64,000 nt of DNA from NCBI GenBank assembly GCA_017471825.1, contig JAFURQ010000007.1, positions 28,036 to 92,035 of the forward strand, in the 5' to 3' direction. Origin of the DNA: Clostridia bacterium (GTDB lineage: Bacteria; Bacillota; Clostridia; Oscillospirales; CAG-272). The notes under the pieces were generated by a model. It did not search any database, was not told the DNA's origin, and saw only the letters and a program-made list of their open reading frames with translations. Below, in pieces: positions 27,581-37,886 of this stretch. A program made the translations under genes and the position numbers. The first letter of the stretch is position 1, and each line of letters starts with the position of its first letter.

Positions 27581-29083
27581 ATGGCAGACAATAATCAGAC
27601 ATTCAATTCAACAAGCGAGCTCGCGGTAAGACGCGAAAAGCTCGCCGCATTGGTAGAATCGGGAAACAACCCCTTTGAAATAACCAAGTACGACGTTACC
27701 TACACCGCTCCCAATGCCATAAAGGAGTTTACCGAGCGCGAGGCAGAGCTTGCCGAGGGCGAGGAGATTCACGTAAAGATGGCGGGCAGAATGATTGCAA
27801 AGCGCGTTATGGGTAAGGCATCGTTCGCAAGAATCAACGACGGCGAGGGCGAGATTCAGATATACACCTCACGCGATGATCTTGGCGAGGAGGCTTATGC
27901 AGGCTTTAAAAAGTGGGATATTGGCGACGTTATGGGCATCGAGGGCGTGCTTTTCCGCACGAGGACCGGCGAAATCTCGGTTCACGTAAAGAGCGCTACC
28001 CTTCTTGCAAAGTCTCTTCTTCCCCTCCCCGAAAAGTTCCACGGTCTTACAAATCTTGAGCAGAGATACAGACAGAGATACGTCGACCTCATTGCCAACC
28101 CTGAGGTTAAGGACACCTTCATTAAGCGCTCAAGAATACTTAAGCTTATCCGCGAGTTCCTTGACTCGAGAGGATTCCTTGAGGTTGATACCCCCATTCT
28201 CGTTCCGCTTGAAATCGGCGCATCCGCGCGTCCGTTCGTAACTCACCATAACACTCTTGATATGGATATGTATCTCCGTATTGAGACCGAGCTCTATCTT
28301 AAAAGACTTATCGTTGGCGGTATGAACAGAGTTTACGAGGTTGGTAGAATTTTCAGAAACGAGGGTATGGACACCAAGCACAACCCCGAGTTTACCACCA
28401 TTGAGCTTTACCAGGCATATACCGACTATTACGGAATGATGGATCTCGTTGAGGATCTTTACAAGATGCTTGCCAAGGAGGTTTGCGGCTCTACCGTAAT
28501 TCCTTATCAGGGAAATATGATAGACCTCGGACACTGGGAGCGTCTTACGATGGTGGACGCTGTTAAAAAGTACGCAGGCGTTGATTACAACGACTGGAAA
28601 ACCGACGAGGATGCTCGTGCGGCGGCAAAGGAAAAGCACGTTGAGGTTCCCGAAAACGCGACACGGGGTACGGTTCTCGTTGAATTCTTTGATGCTTACG
28701 TAGAGGACAAGCTCGTTCAGCCCACCTTTATTTACGACTACCCCGTTGAGAACAGCCCTCTTGCAAAGAAGAAGCCCGAGAATCCTCTTTTCACCGAGAG
28801 ATTCGAGTATTTCATCAACTGCACGGAGTTCGGCAACGCGTTCTCCGAGCTTAACGACCCTATCGACCAGAAGGAAAGATTCGAGCGTCAGGTTGAGGCG
28901 AAGCGTAAGGAAGAGCCCAACTGCAACGCAGAGGTTGACTATGATTACGTAACCGCGCTTGAATACGGAATGCCTCCTACAGGCGGTCTCGGCTTCGGCG
29001 TTGACAGACTCGTTATGCTTCTTACCGACTCGGCTTCCATTCGCGACGTTCTTCTCTTCCCCACTATGAAGCCCGAGGTATAA
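27581..29083 (+). CDS. lysS: Lysyl-tRNA synthetase (class II)
   Basis: RYRQRYVDLI, GRIFRNEG, HNPEFT, YGMPPTGGLGFGVDRL. Confidence 0.98.
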   Translation: MADNNQTFNSTSELAVRREKLAALVESGNNPFEITKYDVTYTAPNAIKEFTEREAELAEGEEIHVKMAGRMIAKRVMGKASFARINDGEGEIQIYTSRDDLGEEAYAGFKKWDIGDVMGIEGVLFRTRTGEISVHVKSATLLAKSLLPLPEKFHGLTNLEQRYRQRYVDLIANPEVKDTFIKRSRILKLIREFLDSRGFLEVDTPILVPLEIGASARPFVTHHNTLDMDMYLRIETELYLKRLIVGGMNRVYEVGRIFRNEGMDTKHNPEFTTIELYQAYTDYYGMMDLVEDLYKMLAKEVCGSTVIPYQGNMIDLGHWERLTMVDAVKKYAGVDYNDWKTDEDARAAAKEKHVEVPENATRGTVLVEFFDAYVEDKLVQPTFIYDYPVENSPLAKKKPENPLFTERFEYFINCTEFGNAFSELNDPIDQKERFERQVEAKRKEEPNCNAEVDYDYVTALEYGMPPTGGLGFGVDRLVMLLTDSASIRDVLLFPTMKPEV

Positions 29084-29105
29084 TGAACCTCCGATTATAA
29101 AAATA

Positions 29106-29136
29106 AAAACACGGTTTTTCGAAAACCGTGTTTTTT
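29106..29136. terminator. Bidirectional terminator
   Basis: AAAACACGGTTTT-tcg-AAAACCGTGTTTT. Confidence 0.8.
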
Positions 29137-29647
29137 ATTTTTTGCTTTTACTGTTCGGCTTGTTTATGCGATTAATTATTATGCCTGCGACTATGCCCAC
29201 GCCGACACCGGCAAGGGTGCCCGAAATGACGAGGGGAATGAAATAATAGGCTATTTCCGCAGTGCCCATTACGAATATCGCCGCAACCGTCTGCCCCGCG
29301 TTGTGAGCAACGCCGCCGAGGACGCTCGTTCCGACGGTGCCGAAGGGGAGAAAATTCTTCACAACAAGCATAACGGCGAAGCTCAAAATCGCTCCGGAAA
29401 GGCTGAATATAAGACTCTGCACCGTGCCAAAAAGAAGGGCGGAGAGCAAAACTCTTACAAGCGATACGGCGCCTGCCGCGCCGGCACCGAGAGTGTAAAG
29501 AAGATACACCGTTACGATGTTTGCGAGTCCGAGCTTAACGCCCGGAATGAAGGCAAGAGGAGGAATCAGGGTTTCGATGAAGGACAGCACCATGGCAAGA
29601 GCCACGGAAAGCGCCATAACCGTCATATTTTTGGTATTTAATTTCAC
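29135..29647 (-). CDS. Gx transporter / 'heptaprenyl diphosphate synthase component I' family (EetB-like) membrane protein
   Basis: E..IP....PGVKLGLANI, SLSGAILS, GGVAHNAGQ signature. Confidence 0.88.
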   Translation of the reverse strand: MKLNTKNMTVMALSVALAMVLSFIETLIPPLAFIPGVKLGLANIVTVYLLYTLGAGAAGAVSLVRVLLSALLFGTVQSLIFSLSGAILSFAVMLVVKNFLPFGTVGTSVLGGVAHNAGQTVAAIFVMGTAEIAYYFIPLVISGTLAGVGVGIVAGIIINRINKPNSKSKK

Positions 29648-29681
29648 ACGCCCCCTCCTTTCTTCCGTTTTTTACTTTATA

Positions 29682-30029
29682 TTACTCTAAAATTTCCACT
29701 CTCACTCTGTTGGGCAGGCAGGTGAGGTCGTCGCCGATGTAATAGATTTTTCCCTTTCTCACGCAGGTTTTGTCGGGGCAGTCGGCATAAATCATATATG
29801 CCCTGCCGTCCTCTATTTTCAGAACGTTTGTGCCGCCGTTGAGGGTGTACTCACCGTCCTTATACAAGGAGTATTCGCCAACCTTTTCTCCGTTGACGCT
29901 CACCTCTACGACGCTGCCCACGCTCCTGTTCGAAAAAACAAAATAAAGAGCGGAAAGGCTTATAACGAGAAGAACGAGAACAAGGATAGAGTCAAAAATT
30001 ATTTTTTTCTTCGTTTCCTTGTTAAGCAT
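29682..30029 (-). CDS. NusG domain II (DUF1312; EetA-like) membrane-anchored protein
   Basis: N-terminal TM, then N.L.I.DG......ADCPDKTCV..G.I......TCLPNRV. Confidence 0.88.
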   Translation of the reverse strand: MLNKETKKKIIFDSILVLVLLVISLSALYFVFSNRSVGSVVEVSVNGEKVGEYSLYKDGEYTLNGGTNVLKIEDGRAYMIYADCPDKTCVRKGKIYYIGDDLTCLPNRVRVEILE

Positions 30030-30060
30030 TTTTCTCTTGCCTTTCCGCTTTTACGAAATT

Positions 30061-30879
30061 TTAGATAAAGTGAGTACCACAGATGAAGTTGCCCTCGTGG
30101 ATGCAGTGCGTGGGGCAAACCTGACGGCATTTGCCGCAGGAGATACATTTGCTGTAATCTATGGTTGCAAGATTGTCAACAACCGTGATAGCGCCCGTGG
30201 GACAGGTCTTTTCACACTTGCCGCAGGCGATACATCCGTCGAGGCAGACCTTTCTTACAGCCGCGCCCTTGTCGTGACTGGAGCAAAGGACTACCACACG
30301 CGTGGTATCCGGAACGAGATGAATGATGCCGTTGGGGCAGGTTCTCGCACAGAGACCACAGGATATACACTTACGGGAGTCAACCTCTGCGACGTTACGC
30401 TCGTTGATTTTTATAGCGTTCGCAGGGCAAACCCTCACGCAGTCGCCGTAGCCAAGACAAGCGTAGGTGCAGTTTCTGTCGCCCGAATAGAGCTTGTTTG
30501 CCATACGGCAGCTCTTTGGGCCTTTGTAATCGAATTTTTTGTTTTCGTCGGGGCAGTTTCCGTTGCAGGCAACGTATGCCACCATTTCAACAACGTCCTG
30601 GGGCTCAACGCCGAGAACTTTTGCAATGTCCTTTGCAGCACCGTCGCCGCCGGGGGTACAGAGGTTTGTTTTATCGGTTACGCCGTCGGCAAGAGCCTGA
30701 GCATATCCGTCACAGCCCGAGAAGCCGCAGGCACCGCAGTTTGCGCCGGGCAGACAGTCGCGGATTTCGGACATTTTTTCATTTCCCTGCACACCGAAAT
30801 ATGCAGATGCAACGGTAAGAAGAAGCGCGCAAAGCGCTCCGATTGCAAGAAGAACAATAATGGGAATCAATATTTCCAT
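30061..30879 (-). CDS. rnfB: Rnf complex subunit B
   Basis: [14 protein letters not shown] FeS motif plus several CxxCxxCxxxCP ferredoxin motifs. Confidence 0.93.
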   Translation of the reverse strand: MEILIPIIVLLAIGALCALLLTVASAYFGVQGNEKMSEIRDCLPGANCGACGFSGCDGYAQALADGVTDKTNLCTPGGDGAAKDIAKVLGVEPQDVVEMVAYVACNGNCPDENKKFDYKGPKSCRMANKLYSGDRNCTYACLGYGDCVRVCPANAIKINERNVAEVDSRKCISCGLCARTCPNGIIHLVPDTTRVVVLCSSHDKGAAVRKVCLDGCIACGKCEKTCPTGAITVVDNLATIDYSKCISCGKCRQVCPTHCIHEGNFICGTHFI

Positions 30880-30891
30880 GTCATATCCTCC

Positions 30892-31488
30892 TTAACCCAA
30901 AAGGTTCTCAACAACGCCCGCGAAGCCGAAGAAGGCAAGCGATACGATGGATGCCGCCGTGAGAGTGATGGGAAGTCCTACGTAGCTCTTGGGCGAGGGG
31001 CAGTTCTCTATTCTCGAACGAACGCCTGCAAAAAGAACCATTGCAAGCAGGAAGCCGAGTCCGACGCCGAGTGAGGATACCATAGACTCAATGAAGTTAT
31101 ATCCGTCGCTTATATTGTTGAGGGTAACGCCGAGAACGGCGCAGTTGGTGGTGATAAGGGGAAGGTAAACACCCAGCGATTTATGAAGCGCGGGAAGGAA
31201 TTTCTTGAGAACTATCTCAACAAACTGAACGAGCGCCGCAATAACGAGGATGAATACGATGGTCTGAAGATAGCCAAGACCGAATTTATCAAGCAGGTAG
31301 GTTTGTATGGGCCAGGTTACAGCGGTCGCACAAAGCATAACGAAGATAACCGCAACACCCATACCGCTCGCCTGATTGAACTTCTTTGAAACGCCGAGGA
31401 AGGGGCAGATTCCGAGGAAGCGCTGAAGAACGTAGTTGTTTATAAGAACTCCGCCCATAAGAATGAGTATCAATGCTTTAATATCCAT
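30892..31488 (-). CDS. rnfA: Rnf complex subunit A
   Basis: NNYVLQRFLGICPFLGVS, LPLITTNCAVLG. Confidence 0.95.
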   Translation of the reverse strand: MDIKALILILMGGVLINNYVLQRFLGICPFLGVSKKFNQASGMGVAVIFVMLCATAVTWPIQTYLLDKFGLGYLQTIVFILVIAALVQFVEIVLKKFLPALHKSLGVYLPLITTNCAVLGVTLNNISDGYNFIESMVSSLGVGLGFLLAMVLFAGVRSRIENCPSPKSYVGLPITLTAASIVSLAFFGFAGVVENLLG

Positions 31489-31490
31489 AC

Positions 31491-32252
31491 TTATGCCTCC
31501 TCCTTTTCAGTTTTTTCGCCGCTTTCGGCATTTTCGGTGACCTCAAGCATATCGCTGCAGGAGGTTTTGCCGCAGATAGAGGCAACAGGACAGCCCTCGC
31601 AGCTGAATTCCTTTCTCTTTTCGGCACCGCGCTTTGCGCCGAGCTTATTGACTATTGCAATAAGCATACCGAATATAAGGAAGCCGCCGGGTGCCTGTGC
31701 AAGAATCGGAATAGTGTAATTGAATATTTCCTCGCCTGCCTCGTTTCTTCCGATGAGGAAGGGGATTTCGATGCCTGCGAAGGTTCCCGCACCCAAAACC
31801 TCGCGAATGATAGCCATTGCGAGCAGGGCAATAAGGAAGCCGACACCCATACCGAGACCGTCGAGTGCGGAATCAATAACGCCGTTCTTTCTTGCGAACA
31901 TTTCGGCTCTGCCGAGAATGATACAGTTAACGACTATGAGTGAGAGGAACACGCCCATCATATCATACGCCTCGGGCACGTATGCGTGAAGGAGCAGCTG
32001 TACTATGGTAACGAACGCCGCTATAATAACGATATAGCAGGGGATTCTTACCGTTTCGGGAATGACCTTACGAAGTGCGGAGATAGCCACGTTTGAGCAA
32101 AGCAGAACTATCGTTGCCGCGATGCCCATATACACTGCGTTCATAACGCTTGTGGTTTGTGCAAGAGTGGGACAGGTACCGAGAACGAGGACGAGAACGG
32201 GGTTTTCCTGTATGAGACCCTTTAAGAAAATGAAAGCCTTACTGTTTTTCAT
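31491..32252 (-). CDS. rnfE: Rnf complex subunit E
   Basis: ENPVLVLVLGTCPTLA, LIVVNCIILGRAE. Confidence 0.95.
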   Translation of the reverse strand: MKNSKAFIFLKGLIQENPVLVLVLGTCPTLAQTTSVMNAVYMGIAATIVLLCSNVAISALRKVIPETVRIPCYIVIIAAFVTIVQLLLHAYVPEAYDMMGVFLSLIVVNCIILGRAEMFARKNGVIDSALDGLGMGVGFLIALLAMAIIREVLGAGTFAGIEIPFLIGRNEAGEEIFNYTIPILAQAPGGFLIFGMLIAIVNKLGAKRGAEKRKEFSCEGCPVASICGKTSCSDMLEVTENAESGEKTEKEEA

Positions 32253-33709
32253 TTTACCGCCCTCCTTTTCTTTGAAATGATGATAGCTGCCGTTGCGGCT
32301 ACTACTGCGATTGCGGCTATTACTATACCCACAATCATAGGCGTGCGGTCTTTTCCAACGGCCCTAAGTGCATCGCTTACCGCAGTCTTGAGGTTTTCGG
32401 AGGTTGTGGTAGCGCTGGTTACGATCTCTACCTCAGAGATTTCGTCCGCGTCCTTACCGATGAAGCCATCGGCGAAATCGCCGGGCTCAACGCCGTGACC
32501 TACCGTCCAGGTGAGGAGATTGATATCCACTACCTCATATCTTGTGTTGATATAAACGAGCGCCTCGGTTTCCTTGTCGGTATATTGAGTTGAGGTAACG
32601 ACGTAGGCTACGTATCCGGGAGCACCTACGGGCTTGTAAAGAAGCTTAAGAGTGCTGCCGGCATCCTCGGGAAGCTGTACGGGCTCAAATTCCTTCGCTC
32701 CGGGAACGAGCTGTGCGGCATATTTGAGAACGCTTTTCTCGGTTCTTTCAACGTTGCTTTCGATAAATGAAACCGAGCTTTCAAGCGCGGCACGGAAGTC
32801 CGAGGAGGTTCCCGTTGCACCGGTTACAAGCTCTACGTCACCGACTGTATTTTTATCGGTGCCGTCAAACGAGTCTGCCCAGTTGCCCGGGGTGACGTCG
32901 TGTCCTACTATCCAGGAAAGAAGGTTTACGTCTACTATTTCACATTCTCTGTTCAGGTGAACTACCGCCTCGGTTGCAACGGGGACGTATGCACCGGGGA
33001 CAACGATATATGCGAGGTAGCCCTGCTCGCCTGCGCTGTAAAGACGCTTGAGCGCCGAGGGAGCCTTGTAAAGATAAACGTCCTCAAGCTCTACGGCGTA
33101 TTCAAGCATATCCGCGCCGATTGCCTTGATTTCGTCATCGGTTTTAGGAAGGGTTTCGGGCGTTTCTTCCTCGCCGCCTTCAGTATCGGGAGCCTCTACG
33201 GTGCTTCCCGTAATGAAATTAACGGCGTCTATTATCGCGCCCTTGATTGCACTTGATGAAACGGTTGCACCCGTGAAGGTTTCAACCGAAGCAATCATAT
33301 CTGCGTTCGCACCTGTAAATCTGTCGGTATAATTTTTCATACCCGATTTTCCGTGAGATTCGGATTCGTTTGTAACTATCGCCTTGGTGACCTTGCCCTC
33401 TGCGTCGATACCGACGGTGATGGAAATATCACCTGCGTAGCCCTTTGTTTTGAGGGTAACAACGTGTCCCTTGAGGCTTCCGTCCTCGGTAACCTTATAA
33501 AGCGCGGTAACCGTTTTGGGTGCGCCTGCGTGGACCTCGGCGCTTTCGAAGTCGCCGTCAAGAACGACTCTGAAAGAGTCGTAGACCTTCTGCTCCTCCG
33601 CCTTCTCAATTATGGGAGCAGTGATAAGATTTACTACCGCGAGGATTCCCGCAACGATGACGCATATCACAACGAGGACAACCACGGGCATTATATTTTT
33701 CTTTGTCAT
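32249..33709 (-). CDS. rnfG: Rnf complex subunit G, extended: three FMN-binding domains and a C-terminal TM
   Basis: Position between rnfD and rnfE; GYAGDI; flavinylation-type motifs TGATVSS, TGATGTS and TSATTTS; 486 aa. Confidence 0.88.
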   Translation of the reverse strand: MTKKNIMPVVVLVVICVIVAGILAVVNLITAPIIEKAEEQKVYDSFRVVLDGDFESAEVHAGAPKTVTALYKVTEDGSLKGHVVTLKTKGYAGDISITVGIDAEGKVTKAIVTNESESHGKSGMKNYTDRFTGANADMIASVETFTGATVSSSAIKGAIIDAVNFITGSTVEAPDTEGGEEETPETLPKTDDEIKAIGADMLEYAVELEDVYLYKAPSALKRLYSAGEQGYLAYIVVPGAYVPVATEAVVHLNRECEIVDVNLLSWIVGHDVTPGNWADSFDGTDKNTVGDVELVTGATGTSSDFRAALESSVSFIESNVERTEKSVLKYAAQLVPGAKEFEPVQLPEDAGSTLKLLYKPVGAPGYVAYVVTSTQYTDKETEALVYINTRYEVVDINLLTWTVGHGVEPGDFADGFIGKDADEISEVEIVTSATTTSENLKTAVSDALRAVGKDRTPMIVGIVIAAIAVVAATAAIIISKKRRAVK

Positions 33710-34644
33710 GCCTTTTTACCTCCCAATGCGCGAGGTGCGGTCCACTTCTCAATATAGGGAGAGAGGATATTCATAAGAAGAATGGAGAACGAAACGCCCT
33801 CGGGATAATTTCCGAAATATCTGATAAGGAAGGTTATAAGTCCGCAGCCGACGGCGTAAATCATTTTACCCGAGCGGGTTATGGGTGTCGTTACGTAGTC
33901 GGTTGCCATAAAGACGGAGGCAAACACAAGACCGCCGGCAAGCATCTGGTAGGTAGCAACCGTGAAGCTGTTGTCCACTATAAGAGAGAGCACGAAAACG
34001 GTTGCAACGAGGATGAGCGGTGTTTCAAAGTGTATTACCCTTCTTACAACGAGGTAAACGAAGCCAAGAAGGATTGCCGCGATGCACGCCTCACCGATAG
34101 CGCCGCCTCTGAAGCCGAGGAACATATCGAGGAGCGAGGGGAGCGCGCCGCCGTTTTTGAGCACGGAGAGGGGAGTTGCTCCCGAAACGAGCTCGGGCGC
34201 GGATGAGATTTTTGGAATAGCGCCGCCGCCGAGGGTTCCAGCAAAGCATATAAGCAGGAATATACGCGCTGTTGCCGCGGGGTTTGCGAAATTACAGCCG
34301 AGGCCGCCGAAGAGGCACTTGACAACGACTATCGCAAACACGGAGCCGATAACGCACTGCCATATAGGAGCATCGGCGCGAAGATTGAGCGCGAGTATAA
34401 GTCCTGTGACAACCGCGGACAGATCGCCTATCGTCTGCTCTTTCTTTACTATGAGGTTAAACACGAACTCGGAAAGCACAGCGGACGCAACGCAGGTTGC
34501 TATTACCGCGAGGGCTCTCCAGCCGAAGATAACCACGCCCATTATTGCGGTGGGCAAGAGCGCGATAATCACGTCGAGCATTATTCGGTTGGTGGTTGCC
34601 GACGAGCGAATATGAGGAGATGACGAAACAGAAAGCTTATTCAT
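33706..34644 (-). CDS. rnfD: Rnf complex subunit D
   Basis: Start MNKLSVSSSPH at 34644; DLSAVVTG, FGGLGCNFANPA, SGATPL, MATDYVTTP. Confidence 0.95.
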   Translation of the reverse strand: MNKLSVSSSPHIRSSATTNRIMLDVIIALLPTAIMGVVIFGWRALAVIATCVASAVLSEFVFNLIVKKEQTIGDLSAVVTGLILALNLRADAPIWQCVIGSVFAIVVVKCLFGGLGCNFANPAATARIFLLICFAGTLGGGAIPKISSAPELVSGATPLSVLKNGGALPSLLDMFLGFRGGAIGEACIAAILLGFVYLVVRRVIHFETPLILVATVFVLSLIVDNSFTVATYQMLAGGLVFASVFMATDYVTTPITRSGKMIYAVGCGLITFLIRYFGNYPEGVSFSILLMNILSPYIEKWTAPRALGGKKA

Positions 34645-34648
34645 TTTT

Positions 34649-35998
34649 TCATTTCTCCTTCTTCTCGTTATTCTTTTTCTGCTGTGCGGAGAGATACTCG
34701 CGCAGCTGGAATTTTGCAAGTCTGTTGTTTTCCACAAGCGGACGCTTTGAGGGGCATACGAAGGAGCAGCTGCCGCACTCGATACAAAGAGAGAGCTTTG
34801 CCGCTGTGAATCTTTCGATTCTTTCCTCTGCCACGTCAACGTTGAGCGTGCGCGCATAAACCGTGGGGTTAAGTCCCATCGGGCAGGTTCTCACGCATCT
34901 TCCGCAGTGTATACAGGGATTCTGCTTTGCCGGGGTTGCATCCTTTTCGTTAAGAGCAACGACGGCGTTGCAGTTTTTCATTATGGGGTCATCGAGCGAA
35001 TATATCGCAACACCCATCATAGGTCCGCCGAACAGAACCTTTTTGGGCTCGCATTTGAATCCGCCTGCGGCGTTTATGACCTCCTTCACCGCCGTGCCGA
35101 CGGGGACTATAAGGTTTTTAGGTGTAGCAATCGCAGAGCCGTCAACGGTTACGCACTTTTCAACGAGGGGCATACCGGTTTCGACGTACTTCGCAAGATA
35201 TGCTATCGAGGTTACGTTCATAACGATAATTCCAACGTCGGAGGGAAGACCGCCCTCGGGAATTACTCTGCCGGTGGAGTTATATATCAGCACCTTTTCG
35301 GCTCCCTGAGGATAGGAGTCGGGCAATGCAACAACGGTTACTGCCGAATTTTCCGCAAAAACCTCGCGCAGCTTCTCTATGCATTGTGGCTTGTTCTTCT
35401 CCACGCCGATAACGACCGCTTTGATTTTTGAGAATTTCTGAATAAGCTCGACTCCCGCCTTGATGTAGTTGGCGTTTTCAAGCATTGTACGCGTATCGCT
35501 CGTGATATAGGGCTCGCACTCCGCGCCGTTAAGCACGAGGGTGTCGATGGAATCAATCTTTTTGGGATCAAGCTTTACAGAGGTCGGGAAGCCTGCGCCA
35601 CCAAGACCTACAAGACCCGAATTACGTGCCGCCCGAGAAAGATCCTCAAAGCTCTCAACAGTCGGGGGATCAAGATTGGGGTCGGGCGTCATCTGACCGT
35701 CGGATTCGATTAGGATTGCATCGCATTTTTTGCCGTTCGACTGAAGAATAGTATCTATTTTCTTTACCGTTCCCGAAACAGATGAATGTACAGGGGCGCT
35801 GACGTAGCCCGATGCCTCTGCTATCAGTGTTCCGACGTATACGGTATCACCCACCTTTACAACGGGGGTTGCGGGCGCACCTATGTGCTGTACCGTGGGA
35901 ATGAGCACGCTTGCGGGCGGATTCATTCTTTCGGAAGCCATTTCCGCTGTGTTTTTGTAGTGCGGAACCTTTGTTTTTCCGAGTTTAAAAAGCAACAT
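34649..35998 (-). CDS. rnfC: Rnf complex subunit C
   Basis: QHIGAPA, GLVGLGGAGFPT, NGAECEPYITSD, YPQGAE, two CxxCxxCxxxCP. Confidence 0.96.
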   Translation of the reverse strand: MLLFKLGKTKVPHYKNTAEMASERMNPPASVLIPTVQHIGAPATPVVKVGDTVYVGTLIAEASGYVSAPVHSSVSGTVKKIDTILQSNGKKCDAILIESDGQMTPDPNLDPPTVESFEDLSRAARNSGLVGLGGAGFPTSVKLDPKKIDSIDTLVLNGAECEPYITSDTRTMLENANYIKAGVELIQKFSKIKAVVIGVEKNKPQCIEKLREVFAENSAVTVVALPDSYPQGAEKVLIYNSTGRVIPEGGLPSDVGIIVMNVTSIAYLAKYVETGMPLVEKCVTVDGSAIATPKNLIVPVGTAVKEVINAAGGFKCEPKKVLFGGPMMGVAIYSLDDPIMKNCNAVVALNEKDATPAKQNPCIHCGRCVRTCPMGLNPTVYARTLNVDVAEERIERFTAAKLSLCIECGSCSFVCPSKRPLVENNRLAKFQLREYLSAQQKKNNEKKEK

Positions 35999-36106
35999 TG
36001 TTTGTCCTTTCTTTTGGAAAAATTTGCTGTGTATCCTCTTTATATTATCATATATTTTGTATTATGTCAACAAATTCGGCTCATTATGAATTTCGTTAAT
36101 TTAATG

Positions 36107-37117
36107 TCAGGATATTACCGTTACCTCACCGTCGGCGGTTACGAGGGTAATCTCTATATTGCCAAGCGAATCGGCAAGCGAGCGCGCCTCGTCGGGTGTC
36201 ATATTGAAAACGGCGGTCGATAGCGCATCGGCAAGCGCCGAGGACGGCGACATAATTGTTACCGACACGTATTTATCGGCAGGCATAAGGGTATCCTTGC
36301 TTATGATGTGGTGATAGCTTACCTCCCCAACCGTGTAAAATCTTTCGTAGGTTCCTGAGGTTACGAGCGCCGCGTCCCTTACCATAACGGTGCGCACGTA
36401 GGCGTCGGGGGCGAGCGGGTCGGGATTTCTTATTCCGCTTACCCAGCCGTCACCGCTTGGCTTCTCGCCGACGGCGCGCAGATTGCCGCCGAAATCAAGA
36501 ACGTAGCCGGAGATTCCGCGCTCCTTCAGCATCAATGCTATGCGCTCGGCGGTATATCCCTTTGCAACGGCTCCGACGTCAAGGGACATTTCGGGGTCGC
36601 ACAGCTCAACCGTCATTGCCTCGCGGTCTATTACCATTTTCGTAATATCGGTATGCTCTGCCGCCGCCGAAAGCTCCTCCGGTGTTGGAATTTTCTCACC
36701 AAGCTCGCGCTCCCTGTGCCAGATGGAGAGGACGGATCCCATAGCCACGTTTACGTTTCCGTCCGTCAGCTCGTACATTTCAACCGAGAAGGTGAGCAGG
36801 TCGATAATCCTTTCATCAACCTTCACAGCTCCCATGCCGGCTCTGTCGTTAAGCGTTTTCAGATTCGTGACGCCGTCATATTCCTCGTATATATCGTAAA
36901 GCCTGTGGCATTCGGCAAGCTCTGCCTCCACGAGCGCGCAGGTGGCGTCAAAATCGGCTTGGGTGCCACCCGTGTAATCGTAAACGACCGACACCGTGTC
37001 AAAATATTCGTAAAAAATTCTGTTTTTCGCCACTATCTGTTGCTCGCACGAGGCAAGCGCCAGCACAGAGAGTAAAAGTGCGGCAAGGGCGGCAATTTTT
37101 CGGGTTAAGGTTTTCAT
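36107..37117 (-). CDS. apbE: FAD:protein FMN transferase (ApbE/FmnB), lipoprotein
   Basis: LASC lipobox; DVGAVAKGY, GGNL, TSGTYERF, HHII, ADALSTA. Confidence 0.93.
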   Translation of the reverse strand: MKTLTRKIAALAALLLSVLALASCEQQIVAKNRIFYEYFDTVSVVYDYTGGTQADFDATCALVEAELAECHRLYDIYEEYDGVTNLKTLNDRAGMGAVKVDERIIDLLTFSVEMYELTDGNVNVAMGSVLSIWHRERELGEKIPTPEELSAAAEHTDITKMVIDREAMTVELCDPEMSLDVGAVAKGYTAERIALMLKERGISGYVLDFGGNLRAVGEKPSGDGWVSGIRNPDPLAPDAYVRTVMVRDAALVTSGTYERFYTVGEVSYHHIISKDTLMPADKYVSVTIMSPSSALADALSTAVFNMTPDEARSLADSLGNIEITLVTADGEVTVIS

Positions 37118-37289
37118 TGTTCCTCTTTTTTATCTCTTGGAATATTTTTCTTCTTATTTACTCAATTATACATTATCCGAAGCAACGTGTCAATAAAAGT
37201 TATTTAATATTTGCGCGGCGGTTGACTTTGTCCGTCTTTTGTGATAAACTGTTATTTGTGATTTTTGATTTTTGTTTATTGGAGAAGAT

Positions 37290-37880
37290 ATGTCAGAAAT
37301 TGAACTTTTGATAACCGCGATAGCGCTATCTATGGATGCCTTTGCGGTGGCGGTATGCAAGGGACTTGCGACCGGTGAGGTAAAATTCAAGCATATGATG
37401 ATAACGGGCGCGTGGTTTGGCGGCTTTCAGGCTCTGATGCCGCTTCTGGGCTATCTGCTCGGCTCGCTTTTTGCCTCGTATATAACGGCATTCGACCATT
37501 GGATTTCCTTTGCTCTGCTTGCCATCATAGGCGCAAATATGATAAAGGAAGCGTTTGAAAAGGACGATGAGTGTGAGTGCAAGGACGGCTGCAAGCCCAC
37601 CAAGAACGCCTTCGCGTTTTTGACTATGCTCACCATGGCGATAGCGACGAGCATAGATGCTCTTGCCGTCGGAATCGGCTATGCAATGCTCGGCAATATA
37701 AACATAATTTTTGCCGTTGCCTCGATAGGTGTTATTACGTTTATCATTTCCGCAGTCGGTGTAAAAATCGGCGCGATATTCGGTGCTAAATATAAATTCG
37801 TTGCCGAGCTTGTCGGCGGTATTATCCTCATAATTATGGGTGGTAAAATTCTCATAGAACATTTGTTTTTCGGGGGTTGA
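37290..37880 (+). CDS. mntP: Manganese efflux pump MntP
   Basis: ALSMDAFAVA, FGGFQALMP, ATSIDALAVG; promoter TTGACT(37222)-17-TAAACT. Confidence 0.92.
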   Translation: MSEIELLITAIALSMDAFAVAVCKGLATGEVKFKHMMITGAWFGGFQALMPLLGYLLGSLFASYITAFDHWISFALLAIIGANMIKEAFEKDDECECKDGCKPTKNAFAFLTMLTMAIATSIDALAVGIGYAMLGNINIIFAVASIGVITFIISAVGVKIGAIFGAKYKFVAELVGGIILIIMGGKILIEHLFFGG

Positions 37881-37886
37881 TAAAAT

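Noticed and set aside
34645-34857. N-terminal extension of RnfD overlapping rnfC in the ORF track
   Set aside because: The likely start is MNKLSVSSSPH at 34644, right after the rnfC stop, matching typical RnfD N-termini
37222-37290. yybP-ykoY Mn riboswitch upstream of mntP
   Set aside because: The promoter -10 is only about 40 nt from the ATG; the leader is too short and U-rich
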